Positions 50,367-62,760 of a DNA stretch of 64,000 nt are shown piece by piece. Origin of the DNA: Lingula anatina (taxonomy: Eukaryota; Animalia; Brachiopoda); NCBI GenBank assembly GCA_051362555.1, contig CM120648.1:2767721-2831720 (forward strand), read 5' to 3'. Below the pieces are notes generated by a model. It made no database searches, was not told the origin of the DNA, and worked only from the letters and a program-made list of their open reading frames with translations. Position 1 is the stretch's first letter. Every line of letters begins with the position of its first letter. The position numbers were made by a program, and so were the translations under genes.

Positions 50367-51048
50367 TCATGGATCATAACTTAATTGCGGTATGTTGGCT
50401 CCTACAGTGGCCCTGATCAAGGATGTACATATAGGACAACTTCTCAGCGCAGGCGCACACTGTGCACAGATAACTAAGTGACCACACGGTAGAAATACCA
50501 CGCTAACCTCCTCGTCCATGCAAATCTTGCACGTCATCTGTGCTTTCAAACGCTGGTTCTCCTCTATGAGAGATATGGCTTCTGAAATGTAATAAGATGC
50601 CAGGAAATCAAATATTAGTTCAACGTATGCACTGGTTTCGTGTTATACTGTGGCACACACTATTTATACATGATATATGCATAAATAAATATTCGTACTC
50701 CAAGCTATACACCCCATGCTTCTGTTTCTACCAAGCAGAGATACCAGATCTGAAGGATCTTTACTGTCTGTGTGAAATGCAGAGAACAAACAGATAAGGA
50801 CGGCTACTAGTACAGGTTGTTACAGTGTACAATCAAGGAGCTCTAATGCACCTTGCTGCAATATTGTACATACCTTCGTCATTTTCGCCTACAGTCGTTT
50901 TGGCCTCTGTACTTTTTTGCTTCTTCTTTCCTCGCTTCTTTTCCTCTTTAGCTACAGAAAATATAAAGAGCACAGAAGTGAAGATTTGTAGTCATACCTT
51001 GGGGCTTCTCTGTTATTACTATACACTATGGACACGTACCGGTATAAT

Positions 51049-51087
<39 letters not shown>

Positions 51088-53932
51088 TAAATTTTGATAT
51101 TAAAATGCCATACCAGGCTTTGGAGTCCGACTGGGTGAGGGAGTGTCCTGAGCGGGTTCAGCGACACCTAGCAGAGTCTGTTCACGTGCCTCTCCTTGCG
51201 TCTGCCACTCCTCATAGGACAGAATAGCTTCAAACAGGCTCTCGGCGTTCGGGAAGTCGTCCCCGGTGGTCCGCAGTCTGTTCTCAATGACTTTTCTCAC
51301 TGTGTCCCTGGGATAACCCATCTGCAGTACTGCCTGGACAATGGGGATGTCCAGTCTGGCCTCGATTTCTCGGGCCTCTACCACGTACTGACCGGCTGTA
51401 ATGGACAAAATACATTGGTCCATGCATAATATCTTTTCTAACAATTGTTACTGGTCCCCGACAGTGATAAGCACTAAGGGCCATGAACTACATGTATAGT
51501 GCATATTCTGACGCATGATTCTGAGCCCAATTTTTTTCCAAGTTGCAAACGTTTTAAATGGGGTGTATTCTGCGTATCATTTGTGTTTTATAACTTGTTG
51601 AGACAGACGCAATCGGTTCAGCTTTTCAATCATAGGATTTATTAGACAGTCAAAGAACTAGACTAATGGGCTGAAGTAGACAGCCATGACTACGTTGCAG
51701 AAGGTTACCTTCTCGTCGTCTGACATTTGTTATAGCTGCTTGGTTTTGAGAGGTCAACTGCGGCTGCTGACATAAGAAAATAATATAATATTATATTCAG
51801 AAATAGACAAAAAGTGGAACGGATTATCACATATACCCGGTAGTAGAAGGTGATTGAAAGCATAGCAACTCATGTATAAATCATGTATGTATGTATGTAC
51901 GTAGTTTTCAATGAACTTTATGATATGGCATGTATTAGATGCAAAGCAAGAATATTATGCCCTGAAATACAATATAAAAGTGCAAGAGGCTGTTTTACAA
52001 TACACAGCAATTATGCCCTGGAATACAATGTAATTGTACAATTTGTTCTTTTACAATACACTAAATAAAAAATTCTGTTACTCTTTAAGATATAAGTAAA
52101 TTAAATTAAGCACACATATTACGAACACCAATGAACTTACTCTTACCGTGTCGTTGCTGTGGCATGCGAACCGCTGTTGAACATGTCGAATAAACTCCTC
52201 CCCCTTGCGCTGAAGGACAAAATCACAAAAAGGGAACCAGCGCGCATGCTCAGTCCATGGGTCATCTTGTGGCTCCCAGTTTCTCAATCCCCCATCACAG
52301 TAAAAGCACTTCACGTTGTCTGAAATTCCTGTGCACAGCAAAAATAAAATTTAAATAATCGTTAATTGATCTCCTCCTTTTTGAACTTATACTTCTATTA
52401 AAAGAGAGGCATAACCTCGCGTTATGGACTTTACTCCTAAAGTCGGTAGAAAAAGTAACCTTCGAACAGATTAACATTACATACCTTAAATAGCACAGGA
52501 TTGAGTATTACTAGTACGTATAATCCTTTCATGACTTAATGTCGAATAGTTTTGTTTGCTGTGCGTTTTGAATTGGCCACTAACACCCCATTTCCATAGA
52601 TTTTTAGATCGATCTATCCCTGTGGGGAGTCTCACTAGATTACTGTCAGCTTGGCCGGCTTAAGCGTCTGTCCCGCCTACTACAAGCTGTAAGGGGGCAA
52701 TTAACTATGGTGCCCGCTCGGCTGACTGCAATTTAGCGTGAACCCCCAGGGAGTTAGGTCGATCTAAAACTTAATCTTTAGATCGATCTTATTCTCTGGG
52801 AAAGCACCTTAAGTTTCATTTGCCATACGCTCTTGAAAAATTAACTGATATTTACCAATAATCATACATTGGTGAATGGTCGATCCCTACAAAAAGGATG
52901 TCGGACAATAAAAATCGATCAAAAACTGGGACAAAAATCGGTCCTCAGCCAGCACCAAGAAAAAAAAAACCTGGACAAAATGTAATAACATTAACCAGAA
53001 TAGTAAAACATCAAAATACTGGGCAAAGAAAACTGTGACTCTCACCGTGAAGTTTTTGAAGATATTCACATCAGGCTGCATGGGGAAAAACTCAACAGAA
53101 ATGATAGAACTGAGTTATATCAATTTTCCACTTCTCTGGGAGGGGGTCGAGTAGGAAGAGGGGGCACCTGACTAACTACCTCACCTTAATGGTGACAGGT
53201 TGTAATACTTATCACAGCCCTCATTTCCCTGATGTAGTCTGATTGTCAGCGGACTAAATATCAGCTTATTTTTTCCGGAGCTATTGACAAATGCTTACTC
53301 TTTTAACCTGATCACTGTAATTGCAAACACACAATATCATTAAATACAATGATTTTCCTTTGCTTGCTCGTTTTGTTTTTGGAACATATTCATTTCTTAA
53401 TAAAATACATATACTGTTACACCTGCGTGAATAAAAATAATTAAGTTTCCCGTCCTCAACGAAGGAATACCGTGACCCATGCCAACCTGTCCAAAGAAAC
53501 ATTCCGAACCTGCCACACGGGACACTTATCCTATGGGACCTTGTCGTGCTAATAGTGCGTATCTTACCAGCGTAGAAGAAGCCGGCCTTAGCCAGGTTGA
53601 CAGGGTTCTGAGCCCAGTGAGCAGACCAAGTTGCAAACGTTTTTTCTCGTACACTTTCATTTGCGAATCTTTCGTGCTTTGGTCTTTCCGTTAGGTTTCC
53701 TCCATGAAATATAGCTAGGTAAAAAGAAATGATATCAAAGATGATCGAATGAATTCTCATTCCGACGACATTCTAGTTCTTTCCACCTCTAGTCTGACTA
53801 CGGTATAACATATTAGATTAAATAATGCCCACCAATCGACAATATTAAAATTAAACAATATAAGCATGTTATAGTTATATTTGGAGAAGCGCAATTTGTA
53901 GACTCACCATTTAAGTTTTCTCTACGAAACAT
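50367..53932 (-). CDS. Inhibitor of apoptosis protein (BIR-UBA-RING; BIRC2/3/7-like); exons 53932-53908, 53714-53568, 52328-52147, 51766-51709, 51395-51114, 50951-50874, 50581-50367; further upstream exons possible
   Basis: BIR: R..TF..W......[49 protein letters not shown]: [20 protein letters not shown]...[19 protein letters not shown]: [35 protein letters not shown]. Exon phases are compatible. The start codon is uncertain because an acceptor precedes the first short exon. Confidence 0.9.
51047..51086. repeat. (ATTT)n microsatellite
   Basis: Direct reading. Confidence 0.9.
52585..52808. mobile_element. ~220-bp MITE (PIF/Harbinger-like), copy 1
   Basis: Colinear with 59863-60076 (GTGGGGAGTCTCAC...GAACCCCCAGGGAGTTAGGTCGATC); imperfect TIRs with TAA/TTA flanks. 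Confidence 0.75.
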
Positions 53933-54444
53933 AGCTGGTTAAAAATAAAGAATCACTTTGATGATCGCTGATGAAACTTAACGAAAAGAATAACTGTCCG
54001 TTTTAGTGCCGGTACTTCAGCAGCTGTTGAACTTGTATCTCACTGCAGTATGTATGTACATGTATTTTCCAATAAAAGGGGAGGTTATGTGTCAAAGAAC
54101 ACTACGAAAGAGCTTTTATATATGCCGACCGATATTTCATAATTCATGCTTGGCTTTATCAAAAGATGGGTCACAGACAAGTTCATGTGAATAATTGACA
54201 GTACTTCAGTCATTGTCACTTTGCAACTTAACCTCCCTATAGCATACAATGTTCATGTATCTATTCATGTCGGTTCACAACACGCTGAAAAAACATGCTT
54301 TAACGATCGACGCTTTATAGGTCATGTAACAAAAGGAAGGGGGCTCGGCCTAATCTACACATATTGTTCCGGGTGTTGTACAAAGAAGAAATCTCATAAA
54401 TGGTGTTTTATACACGTATACAAAGGTAGTCGTTTAGATACCGG

Positions 54445-54607
54445 TGTCATGTACCAGAAAGTCACCTGTAACAGATTCCGCTTCCCATTCATTTGTACAG
54501 GTGAGCCTCGCCCTAGATTTCGACCCACTTAGGTCAGACTAACTCTAACCATTATGACTTCATGGAGGGGGGGACTTTCTGTCACACGGACCTTCAGTTT
54601 CGTAAAA
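54445..54607. mobile_element. Short non-autonomous element with CCGG target duplication (Ginger1-like)
   Basis: Flanked by CCGG (54441-54444, 54608-54611) and starts TGT. A paralogous empty site TTTAAATA-CCGG-TACTTC lies at 57073-57090. A related terminus (GGGGGACTCTCTGTCACGTTACA-CCGG) lies at ~165-205. Confidence 0.65.
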
Positions 54608-55211
54608 CCGGTACTTTAGCCGCTGTTCAACCTGTACCTCCCTGCAGTGCATGTGTTTGTTCGTTATTGTGAGACAGAATGGTATCAAACAACACGCTAA
54701 AAAGCTTTCGTCGACCGACTTCTTACAGTTTATGAAAAGGTAAAGGGTTAAAGTCAACAATTGAGGCCAGGTGCTCCAGCAGCTGTTGAACCTGTACATC
54801 CCTGTAACCTACATGTATTTTCCAAACATCGGGGTTGCTAACACGCTGAACATCGATCGATGTTTTATGGTGTATATAATTCTATTCATACCTTATTAGA
54901 TTCATTCATCTGAATCAGGGCAAGTACAATGCCTTCAATATACACTTATTTCAAACTTGTGACTTTAAAGCTTTTCTAGTGTAATCTAAATCAAACAGGC
55001 GTTTTACGCTTACCATTATAAAGGGGAAATGTCAACCAAACGACAAAAATAAAATAACCAAAAAGCACATTAAATTAAGATATTGGGAATTTTTCATTCC
55101 GCATATTTTTGGGAAGACCTAGTGGCAAATTCACCATGCGTGTGAATACTCAATCAAAGTACAGAATAACAAAGTTACACGTTTACTGTTTTTATAGATA
55201 TTACATGATAT

Positions 55212-55447
55212 GCCTAGATTACATTTACACGGGCGCCGTGCGATGAAATTGTCCGTGCGACATTTTTTTGAAATCGTAAGGAGCTACGGGCTACGCCGAG
55301 TATATTTACACTACATGACATTAAATCAGTACGATTCGGTGCTATTTCGCACGGCCACCGTCTACCTCCACTCAGACGCCGTACGAAAAGGGTATTACGG
55401 GCAGTATACGTGCACCGTACGGACATTGCATTTGAATGTAATCTAGC
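55212..55447. mobile_element. Palindromic MITE
   Basis: G.CTAGATTACATT ... AATGTAATCTAG.C termini; internal CGTA/TACG-rich repeats. Confidence 0.7.
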
Positions 55448-56313
55448 CAATAGAGAATCCTCTTTTGATGTGCAGCTGCGCGTACTTAGTATCTAAGGGT
55501 TCAGTGCTGGTACATGTATAAAAACAATAGTGATAGCTGGGTGTACAAATAGTTAGAATAAATAGAAAAAAATATTCAAGCCTAGGAATCTAGGAGCAGC
55601 AAAAAACTTACTCAACTAACCAAAGTAATTCTAGAAGTGTGAATAGAAATAAAATATAAATAAATAGCCATGGTAATAACGTGTGACTTTACGTGTACAC
55701 GTATATTTTAGCACAGTGGCCAATTTTGGTGACACTAACCTTTAAAATCAACGCAAAAAAAGGATGCTGTGGTTAAAAAACAAACTGGGGGGGGGGGGGG
55801 GGGGGGTCAGAACAATTGTGCCTATACAATTGATACAGAGGATTTGTACTTACAGGTCGAATTTCTAGAAAATCGTGCCAAGAACCTACTTTTTGTAGGT
55901 CATGCTGGGCGAATGTATCAAGAGGGACTCGGCTTAACCTGAACAATTGAGGTCGGGTATAATACAAAGAAGAAAGCTCATGAATGAAAATATATAGCAA
56001 GACTTGATGTTTTCCACGCTTATACAAGACCTAATCTCCCTGAAAAGAATAACTATATGATAAAGATACCGTCACGCCAACCTGTACTCCTGTATTTCCG
56101 AGATGCCAGATATGCGTCAATGAGCGCGCAGAAAGAGCAAATATTCTTATTCATATACGTGGGTTTTAAAAAGTCGGGCGTTATACAAAGAATATATCTC
56201 GTAAATGAAGTTGTATTCTTTGTGTATGCTGGACTTATTTTTTTCACCCGGTTTAGTTGTATCGGCGCGTCGCACTGTGTTTAATCAACGCCACGCCACG
56301 CCACGCGTGTCTA

Positions 56314-56444
56314 CCCTCTACCAGGGTGGCAGATAATATAGGGAAAATGGGGGAAATCCAGATATAGTGAAAGGACCGTCTATATATCTTAAGACATATC
56401 TGTGGATTTCCCGTGAAAAGTCAATCTGTGGCCCTGGTAGAGGG
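56314..56444. mobile_element. MITE with CCCTCTACCAGG TIRs and TA flanks
   Basis: TA-CCCTCTACCAGGG...CCCTGGTAGAGGG-TA; same TIR family as 60563-60784. Confidence 0.75.
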
Positions 56445-58075
56445 TAGTGGCAGATATTATAGGGAAAAAGACTCACCATCAAGGTTTTCTCCACAGAACA
56501 TAGCTGGTCAGAAATAAAGGCCCAATTTGATGATCGGTGATTAAAAAAATAATTACCCCTTAAAGTTAAAACTAACACAGTATGAAAGAATGATTGTATA
56601 TGCAAGAACAACAAGGTTATGCAAACTGATGACTACATATACATTAATAAGGTAAAATGCCCGATAAAGCAGAGTAGTACTACTTACTGGCGCTCTCACT
56701 AGCTGCATAGCTGTTTCCGTATGTATACAATGGTGAGTTTCGCTCCATTAAAGCGATATCAAAGAAAAAAATTAGTAAGCCTGACTTAGATTTTGTCTTT
56801 TTTTTCTCTATATCTTCTAGATTTTAGCACGCCGATGAATCGCGTAGTGCAGGGGGAAACCGAGGCAAAGTACATAACTAGGTCATACTGGCCAATAGAA
56901 ACTATCGATAAGGGGGGGATCGAAACTATTAATATGCGCTCAGCTTAACCTGAACAATTGAGGCCGGGTGTAATATAAAGAAGAAATCTCATAAATACAG
57001 TCATATAGGATGACTTCATGTTTTCAACATGTTTACAAGGTACTCGTTTCTCTGAAATGAATAACTATCTTGTTTAAATACCGGTACTTCAGGCGCTGTT
57101 CAACCTGTACACCCCTACCTACACATAAGACCTACCAGTGTTACTCATACACTGGACCTTCCTTTCTGCGTCCTTTCAGCCACCATGAAATTTGGCATCG
57201 CTGTGGTTTTAATAAGGAGTCACGAGCATTGATTTTGTATCAGAATAAATGTTCAATGATCGGCCAGTTGTCGGCACGTAAAATATTATAAATTTTTAAC
57301 TCTCAAATGGGGCCGTACTCCTGGACGCAGAGAGGACGCCGTCTAGTGTAAGGGGGGCTTTAGGAAAAGGGAAACAAAGCATGCTGAAAGACACATGATT
57401 TAATCGAACGCCCTTTTGAAGGACAGCGATTGTTCAAACTGTAACCTACATGTATGTGGGTTTTATCAAAAAGTAAGAACATGATAACGGGTACGCAGTT
57501 GGTAATCATAATGCCTGGCCGTTTGTGAATGAAAAATAATATTTATATAATAAACATATGTACTAGTAAAATTACTCATAAAATATTCTATCTAAGCAGC
57601 AAGATAAACCTTGGTATGATTATAAATTTACCATAAACATACTATAAATATATAGGTACAAGCATATGTTACAAAAAAAAAATGATATGTTCAAACTTAG
57701 GAGGGAGAATACAGTTACATAGCCGTTTACATGGCTGTTTAAAGCCAGTTTGATGACATAGATAATTATGATTAATGACAATTACATAAAACTAGATAAG
57801 TAAATAAGTTACACAGATATAAATATTGTGCCATGGTCAGTCCCACTGCTGAGTCACTTCTCATAACAGTGGGACCATACATTGGCATTTTATGGGATAT
57901 ACTAAGAGTTACCAAGCAGAGCAACCACTTCATTTCTTTTCTTGAATCAATTTATTATAAAGTTGAAGAGTAACACTAAAATATATTTGTTGGCACTGTT
58001 AAATACATGGCATAATTGACTGTCTGGTGACCTAGTATCAGTATTTAGGATTGAGGTATGATTAATTATATGATA

Positions 58076-58086
58076 GGGGAATCCCC
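58076..58086. promoter_or_regulatory. Candidate NF-kB site GGGGAATCCCC
   Basis: Matches the GGGRNWYYCC consensus, 5' of an IAP gene; function is inferred only. Confidence 0.4.
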
Positions 58087-58233
58087 CTATTTGAAGTGCA
58101 GCAGTACTGTATTCAATATTTAAAGGCCACAGCAGACAGCTGGGTATACACACATAAAGCAGTCAACACGCGCTGATAAACAATCTGACAAAGGAATTCT
58201 TGTAGTGTAAATGCAAATTATCTCAGCGGCCTA

Positions 58234-58547
58234 CCCGCACGAAAATGCAGTAGTATCGAAGTAGCAAAAAAGCATTAACGCAGTTGTGGTGTGGAGCATA
58301 TTTGCAGTAGAATTGCAGCATAGCCTACTGCAATTCTACTCCAAAAAGTACATAGGTTTGTACAGAGAGAAGCATTAATGCAGTAGATTAGCAGCATGAT
58401 AGAAGCATGTTTCAAATATGCTAATAAGCTCCCAAATCGAAGCAGATTTGAAGCATGTTTGCAGTATGATTGCAGTAGTCTACTGTGGTTTTCAGTATGA
58501 TTGCAGTAGTCTACTGCGCTGGAGTATCTACTGCGTTTTCTTGCGGG
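58234..58547. mobile_element. MITE with CCCGCA TIRs, TA flanks and internal TGCAGTAG/CTACTGC repeats (CACTA/EnSpm-like)
   Basis: TA-CCCGCACGAAAATGCAGTAG...CTACTGCGTTTTCTTGCGGG-TA. Confidence 0.8.
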
Positions 58548-59052
58548 TATTTTCGGTATTTTTGTGATAATAACCTCGAATACAAACGTTAACCTTTAGT
58601 GCACCTTTTACGCAGACAGAATGTTACATATGAAATGAGAAAAATGCCCACCAAACGCCAAAAACAGAATTGAACAATAAAATCATATTTGGGGGAAGGC
58701 TTAGTGGCATTTAGGTTTTCTCAATGAAACATATAACCAGGTAGAAATAAAGTCTCACGTTGATGATCAATGATGAAAGTTAACGAACGCGGTATGGACG
58801 TATAATTTTGATTTCAATTTTTTAAATATAGACAGTGACAGCACGGTTATGTTAACTGATAAAGGCATTGAGTAAAATACGCGATAGAGCAGAGAGTAAG
58901 GTACTTACGGACTCTTTCATTTACTACACAGCTTCCGCCTGACTCACCCCCAGTGGCCGATGCCGTCGCCCCGCTGTGGCTGTCACTGAGCTAGGGCTAG
59001 CTACAAAACAACTTTACTCTCATTACAAATGTAAAATACATATTCATATTCA

Positions 59053-59083
<31 letters not shown>

Positions 59084-59862
59084 TTAATTTTAAACAACAG
59101 TGCTATATATAAAGGAGGTATGATGATAAAGGGTGATCGTGATGATAGTGAGACAATAATGTTTCATTAAACTTTTAAGTGTCAAGAGTTATGGGATTGG
59201 CTACTGGGCTGAGATAAGCGTGTACATGTACCAGTATAGCCAATCGGTCATTATTGCCATGGCGAAGTATATTGTTCTATTGACACTACTATAGTATTAC
59301 TTGTGATTAGTTTGGTTGTCAGTGAATGTTTTGCTGTTGTCTGGGCTTGGCAATTTATTCTACCTATTAGTTTACAAAGGGTTAAATTAACACGAACATT
59401 AAAGGCTACATGTATGCTTCATGATACATGCAGATGTAATAAACGCTATAGGACCTACATATATAGGACCTACGTTCATCGCCATTATGTCAACTGGACT
59501 CAACCCTGATGTCAATAGAGACAAAATGTTGTTATTCTATCACTTAAAACTCAACCGTGATAACGCGAGAGGGTAAATGTCGAACTGCGAGAAATATTTT
59601 AACTCCCCGTAACTTTTCGGCTAGAAAACATATGGCAAACAGTCTTTGTACTTTGCTTATGAATTGGTGACTTTCTAACCGAGAAAAGATTAGATTATTG
59701 AGCAATCAAGACTTCTAGGATACATGCGATTTGATAATAATTAGTTAATCTAATGTTCACCCAAGAAATAAAACGATAAATTAAATAAAGGGTTCCCAGT
59801 CAGATTAATACAAAGCTATAAAATCATTCTCAGGTAGTGAAAGTTACTTATACAGGGTCTTA

Positions 59863-60076
59863 GGGTCTATTCCCACAACTTTAGATCGATTTATCACCGT
59901 GGGGAGTCTCACCAGACTACCGTCAGATAACCCCCCTTAAGTGTCCGTCCCCGCCCACTACAAGCCGTAAGAGGCAATTAACTCTCGTGTCCGCCCGGCT
60001 GACAGCTATTCAGCGCGAACCCCCAGGGAGTTAGGTCGATCCAAAGTAGGTCGATCTAATCTATGGAAATGGGGTC
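59863..60076. mobile_element. ~215-bp MITE (PIF/Harbinger-like), copy 2
   Basis: GGGTCTATTCCCA...TGGAAATGGGGTC flanked by TTA on both sides; matches 52585-52808. Confidence 0.75.
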
Positions 60077-60511
60077 TTACACACTAGGATGGGGTAGGCG
60101 GAGTAGGGGGTAGTACATAGTAACAAAAAGTGATACGGATGGAAGAGGGTAGAATGACATGCAACTAACACCATGGCTAGTGTACCCCCTCCCACTCCGC
60201 CACACACTCACCCACCAAATTTGACTATTTATTCTAATCATTAATTTAATAAGGGCTACCATAGTCATTTACTCCCTGATGATGGTGACTGACAGTCACA
60301 GAAATATTGGAGGTAATACCCACATATTTTACAAGCTCTTGACAAAAAGAAAAACAATAATTTGAATTTATACATACAGAGCTAATGAAACTGTTCTCTA
60401 ATAAGGGCTACATTAGCAAGTAAATAATATGCTCCATGCTAGATGTTTACCCAGGTATCGGTATTGCCTTATATGCACTTAGTTACCCGGTACGCGCAGC
60501 CGGATACCGAA

Positions 60512-60522
60512 GGGGAATCCCC
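60512..60522. promoter_or_regulatory. Candidate NF-kB site GGGGAATCCCC
   Basis: Second copy of the same 11-mer, 5' of the IAP gene. Confidence 0.4.
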
Positions 60523-60562
60523 TATCATACAATTTCAGCCAGCAGTGAAGCGTTTTTATTTA

Positions 60563-60784
60563 CCCTCTACCAGGCCAATTGACTGTTTTGATTACTGTCA
60601 CGCGGACTTGACAGGGACATGATAAGTGACAGTGCCTGAGTATCAGTAGTTATTCAAACAGTTATCAGCCAAGTAAACATCCTTGAGATTTCTGCACAGG
60701 GTCTCAGCACAGAGATTAGCCACCTGCTTAACGAGATACATATCTGTTAATATTTAGTGAAAATCTTGTGGACCTGTCAGAGGG
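60563..60784. mobile_element. MITE with CCCTCTACCAGG-type TIRs and TA flanks
   Basis: TA-CCCTCTACCAGGCCA...TGGACCTGTCAGAGGG-TA. Confidence 0.65.
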
Positions 60785-61030
60785 TAAACCTCACCCTTTC
60801 TTTGTAGCATGTTTGCATTGAAAGATCAACAGGAAAGGAAACAAACAGCAAAGTTGAAAGGGTGGTTAAAAGGTAAATAAACGCCACTGCGGCTGCAGTT
60901 CTATTGACTTTGTTTTTAGGTTTGCAATGCAGCGTTCTGTAAGCATGCTCTACAGTAAATATTGCAAAGAGAGTACAACAAACCGTCATTATTCTTATTA
61001 TTAAAAGTTAAACAGTTCTCATCATATTTG

Positions 61031-61031
<1 letters not shown>

Positions 61032-61090
<59 letters not shown>
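61032..61090. repeat. (TTA)n microsatellite
   Basis: Direct reading. Confidence 0.95.
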
Positions 61091-61091
<1 letters not shown>

Positions 61092-61699
61092 CTTTTTATC
61101 GTTTTCCTTGTTATAGTTTTAATCTAAATAAAAAAAATGAGAATCGGTGCCTTTTAATAGTTAACATCTTCATAGCTACAGGAGTTGTTTCTTTTACCGG
61201 TTAGTGTACCGGCGGGTGGCACTTTGAATATGTCTTTAACCAATGCCACGGGTATCCATGCGCAGACCGGAGTGTGGCCTATTTGCATATTGGGGATCCC
61301 CCGTATCACTCTTGTGTGTAAGTGCGTATTCATCCAGTTTATCGAGCATCAGAAATTTCTAAAAAAATAAAAAATCACCAAGTCTGCGGACACATACCCG
61401 GTACATCGGTGATACATGTACAGACTTGACATTTAATATGGAATATTTCAGTTTGAAAGGTATGCCTAGGTAAAAATGCGTTCTTTTTTTCATAAAACTC
61501 AGATCTCATATAAGATATCTGACTGGAGAAGTGTGAAGTCAGGTGTGTCGCTACCAATTAACTGACTACCAAGTCTGTTGCACTGCTGCATTGTGTAATA
61601 TGCGGTGATTTAATTGGGTAGTGCTCCTTTAGGCTGGTCAAAGCTTGGCTTTGGCAAAGCATGGTTCTGTCAAAAAAGTATCCATATGTCGGCAACTAC

Positions 61700-62760
61700 T
61701 GCATAGAAGAATTTGAAATTTTGCATGTAAGCGGTCAGTTTTGCAGTGCGTAAAATGAGTCAAACAATGTTTTACAGAAATGTTAATCTGTGCCAGAATG
61801 GCGCGAAAAAAAACAGGCATTGCCAGACAGATTATTGTGTCAAACGGAATAGTCTGCACAGTTTTATGAAGTTATGCCCAGACTGATGTACCTACACAGA
61901 GACCACGCCCAATGTATCGACATCTTACCACCAGGGCACAGGATTCACCGTCCTTCAGGATATGCTGCTGCAACTAAACAAAACCCACCCAGTCCGTTCA
62001 GAATGAGGGGCAAATTGTGACCAAAACGCGTTTTTCAAGGCTCTTAGCGAATATCAAACTGGTTTTAGCAGGTTAGAAAACCAAACGACCTCTGAGGAAG
62101 CCACTGTAAACAGCAGAACAGCGTCGTCTGTTTCTCTAATGAATTGAGGACCATGACCGTTTCTGGGTAGAACACTGAAACCGCGTGGCTTTCTTTATTG
62201 AGGTCAGATTTCACCTGTACCGCTTAACTGGTTAAAACAGAGTTTACAGACATCCTGCAGAGGCCTACGACAAGGCGTGTGCCGCTTCTAAAGTGACTAG
62301 GGTCATTGACAGCGTCAGTATTTGGGGTGAATACCACATTGGTGCCAAAACACCAATGATAGTCATCGACGAAAACCTTAACCAGATCAAATAAAGGGAT
62401 ACTCTGGGAACCACTTGACTATCATTTGATAGGGGGGAACTTAGGAACAATTTTAGGTTGCACGATGAGAGTGCCGGTTCACACAGCGCACTTTTAATTG
62501 CAGATTTCTTACAGAACCAAGGGAATGAGCAGATACATTGGTCATCAAAATCGCCATATTTGAACCACATAGACAATACATGGGTAGGTTATTACTCTCC
62601 GAATTAACGGCCTACATGTCCTACAACAAAACTGAACCAAATTGGACAGGTTTTGACCGTTGCCTGGAATTTTTTTCCATATTAAACTCTAAAAACCTAT
62701 CCTAAGGAATGCCTTGCCACTTGAAAGCTCTGGTAGCAGCCAGATGAGGTCAGGTGTAAC
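61700..62760 (+). mobile_element. Highly decayed Tc1-like transposase relic (boundaries approximate)
   Basis: Plus-strand fragments in Tc1 order: CFSNE (LFSDE), SVSIWG (SVMVWG), LHDESAGSHSALLIADFLQNQG (QDNARPH), WSSKSPYLNHIDNTW (WP..SPDLNPIE..W). Confidence 0.75.

Larger units (their letters stand above)
53985..57120. repeat. Dispersed degenerate ~180-bp units upstream of the IAP gene (~53985, 54345, 54750, 55930, 56940)
   Basis: Shared TTAACCTGAACAATTGAGG.CGGGT.TAATA.AAAGAAGAAA.CTCAT and CCGGTACTTCAG..GCTGTT.AAC.TGTA blocks. Confidence 0.7.

Noticed and set aside
58909-59001. Possible upstream IAP exon on the minus strand
   Set aside because: Splice signals exist, but two competing donors and no BIR-like sequence leave it unassignable.
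62265-62576. 103-aa minus-strand ORF
   Set aside because: Antisense to the decayed Tc1 transposase on the plus strand.
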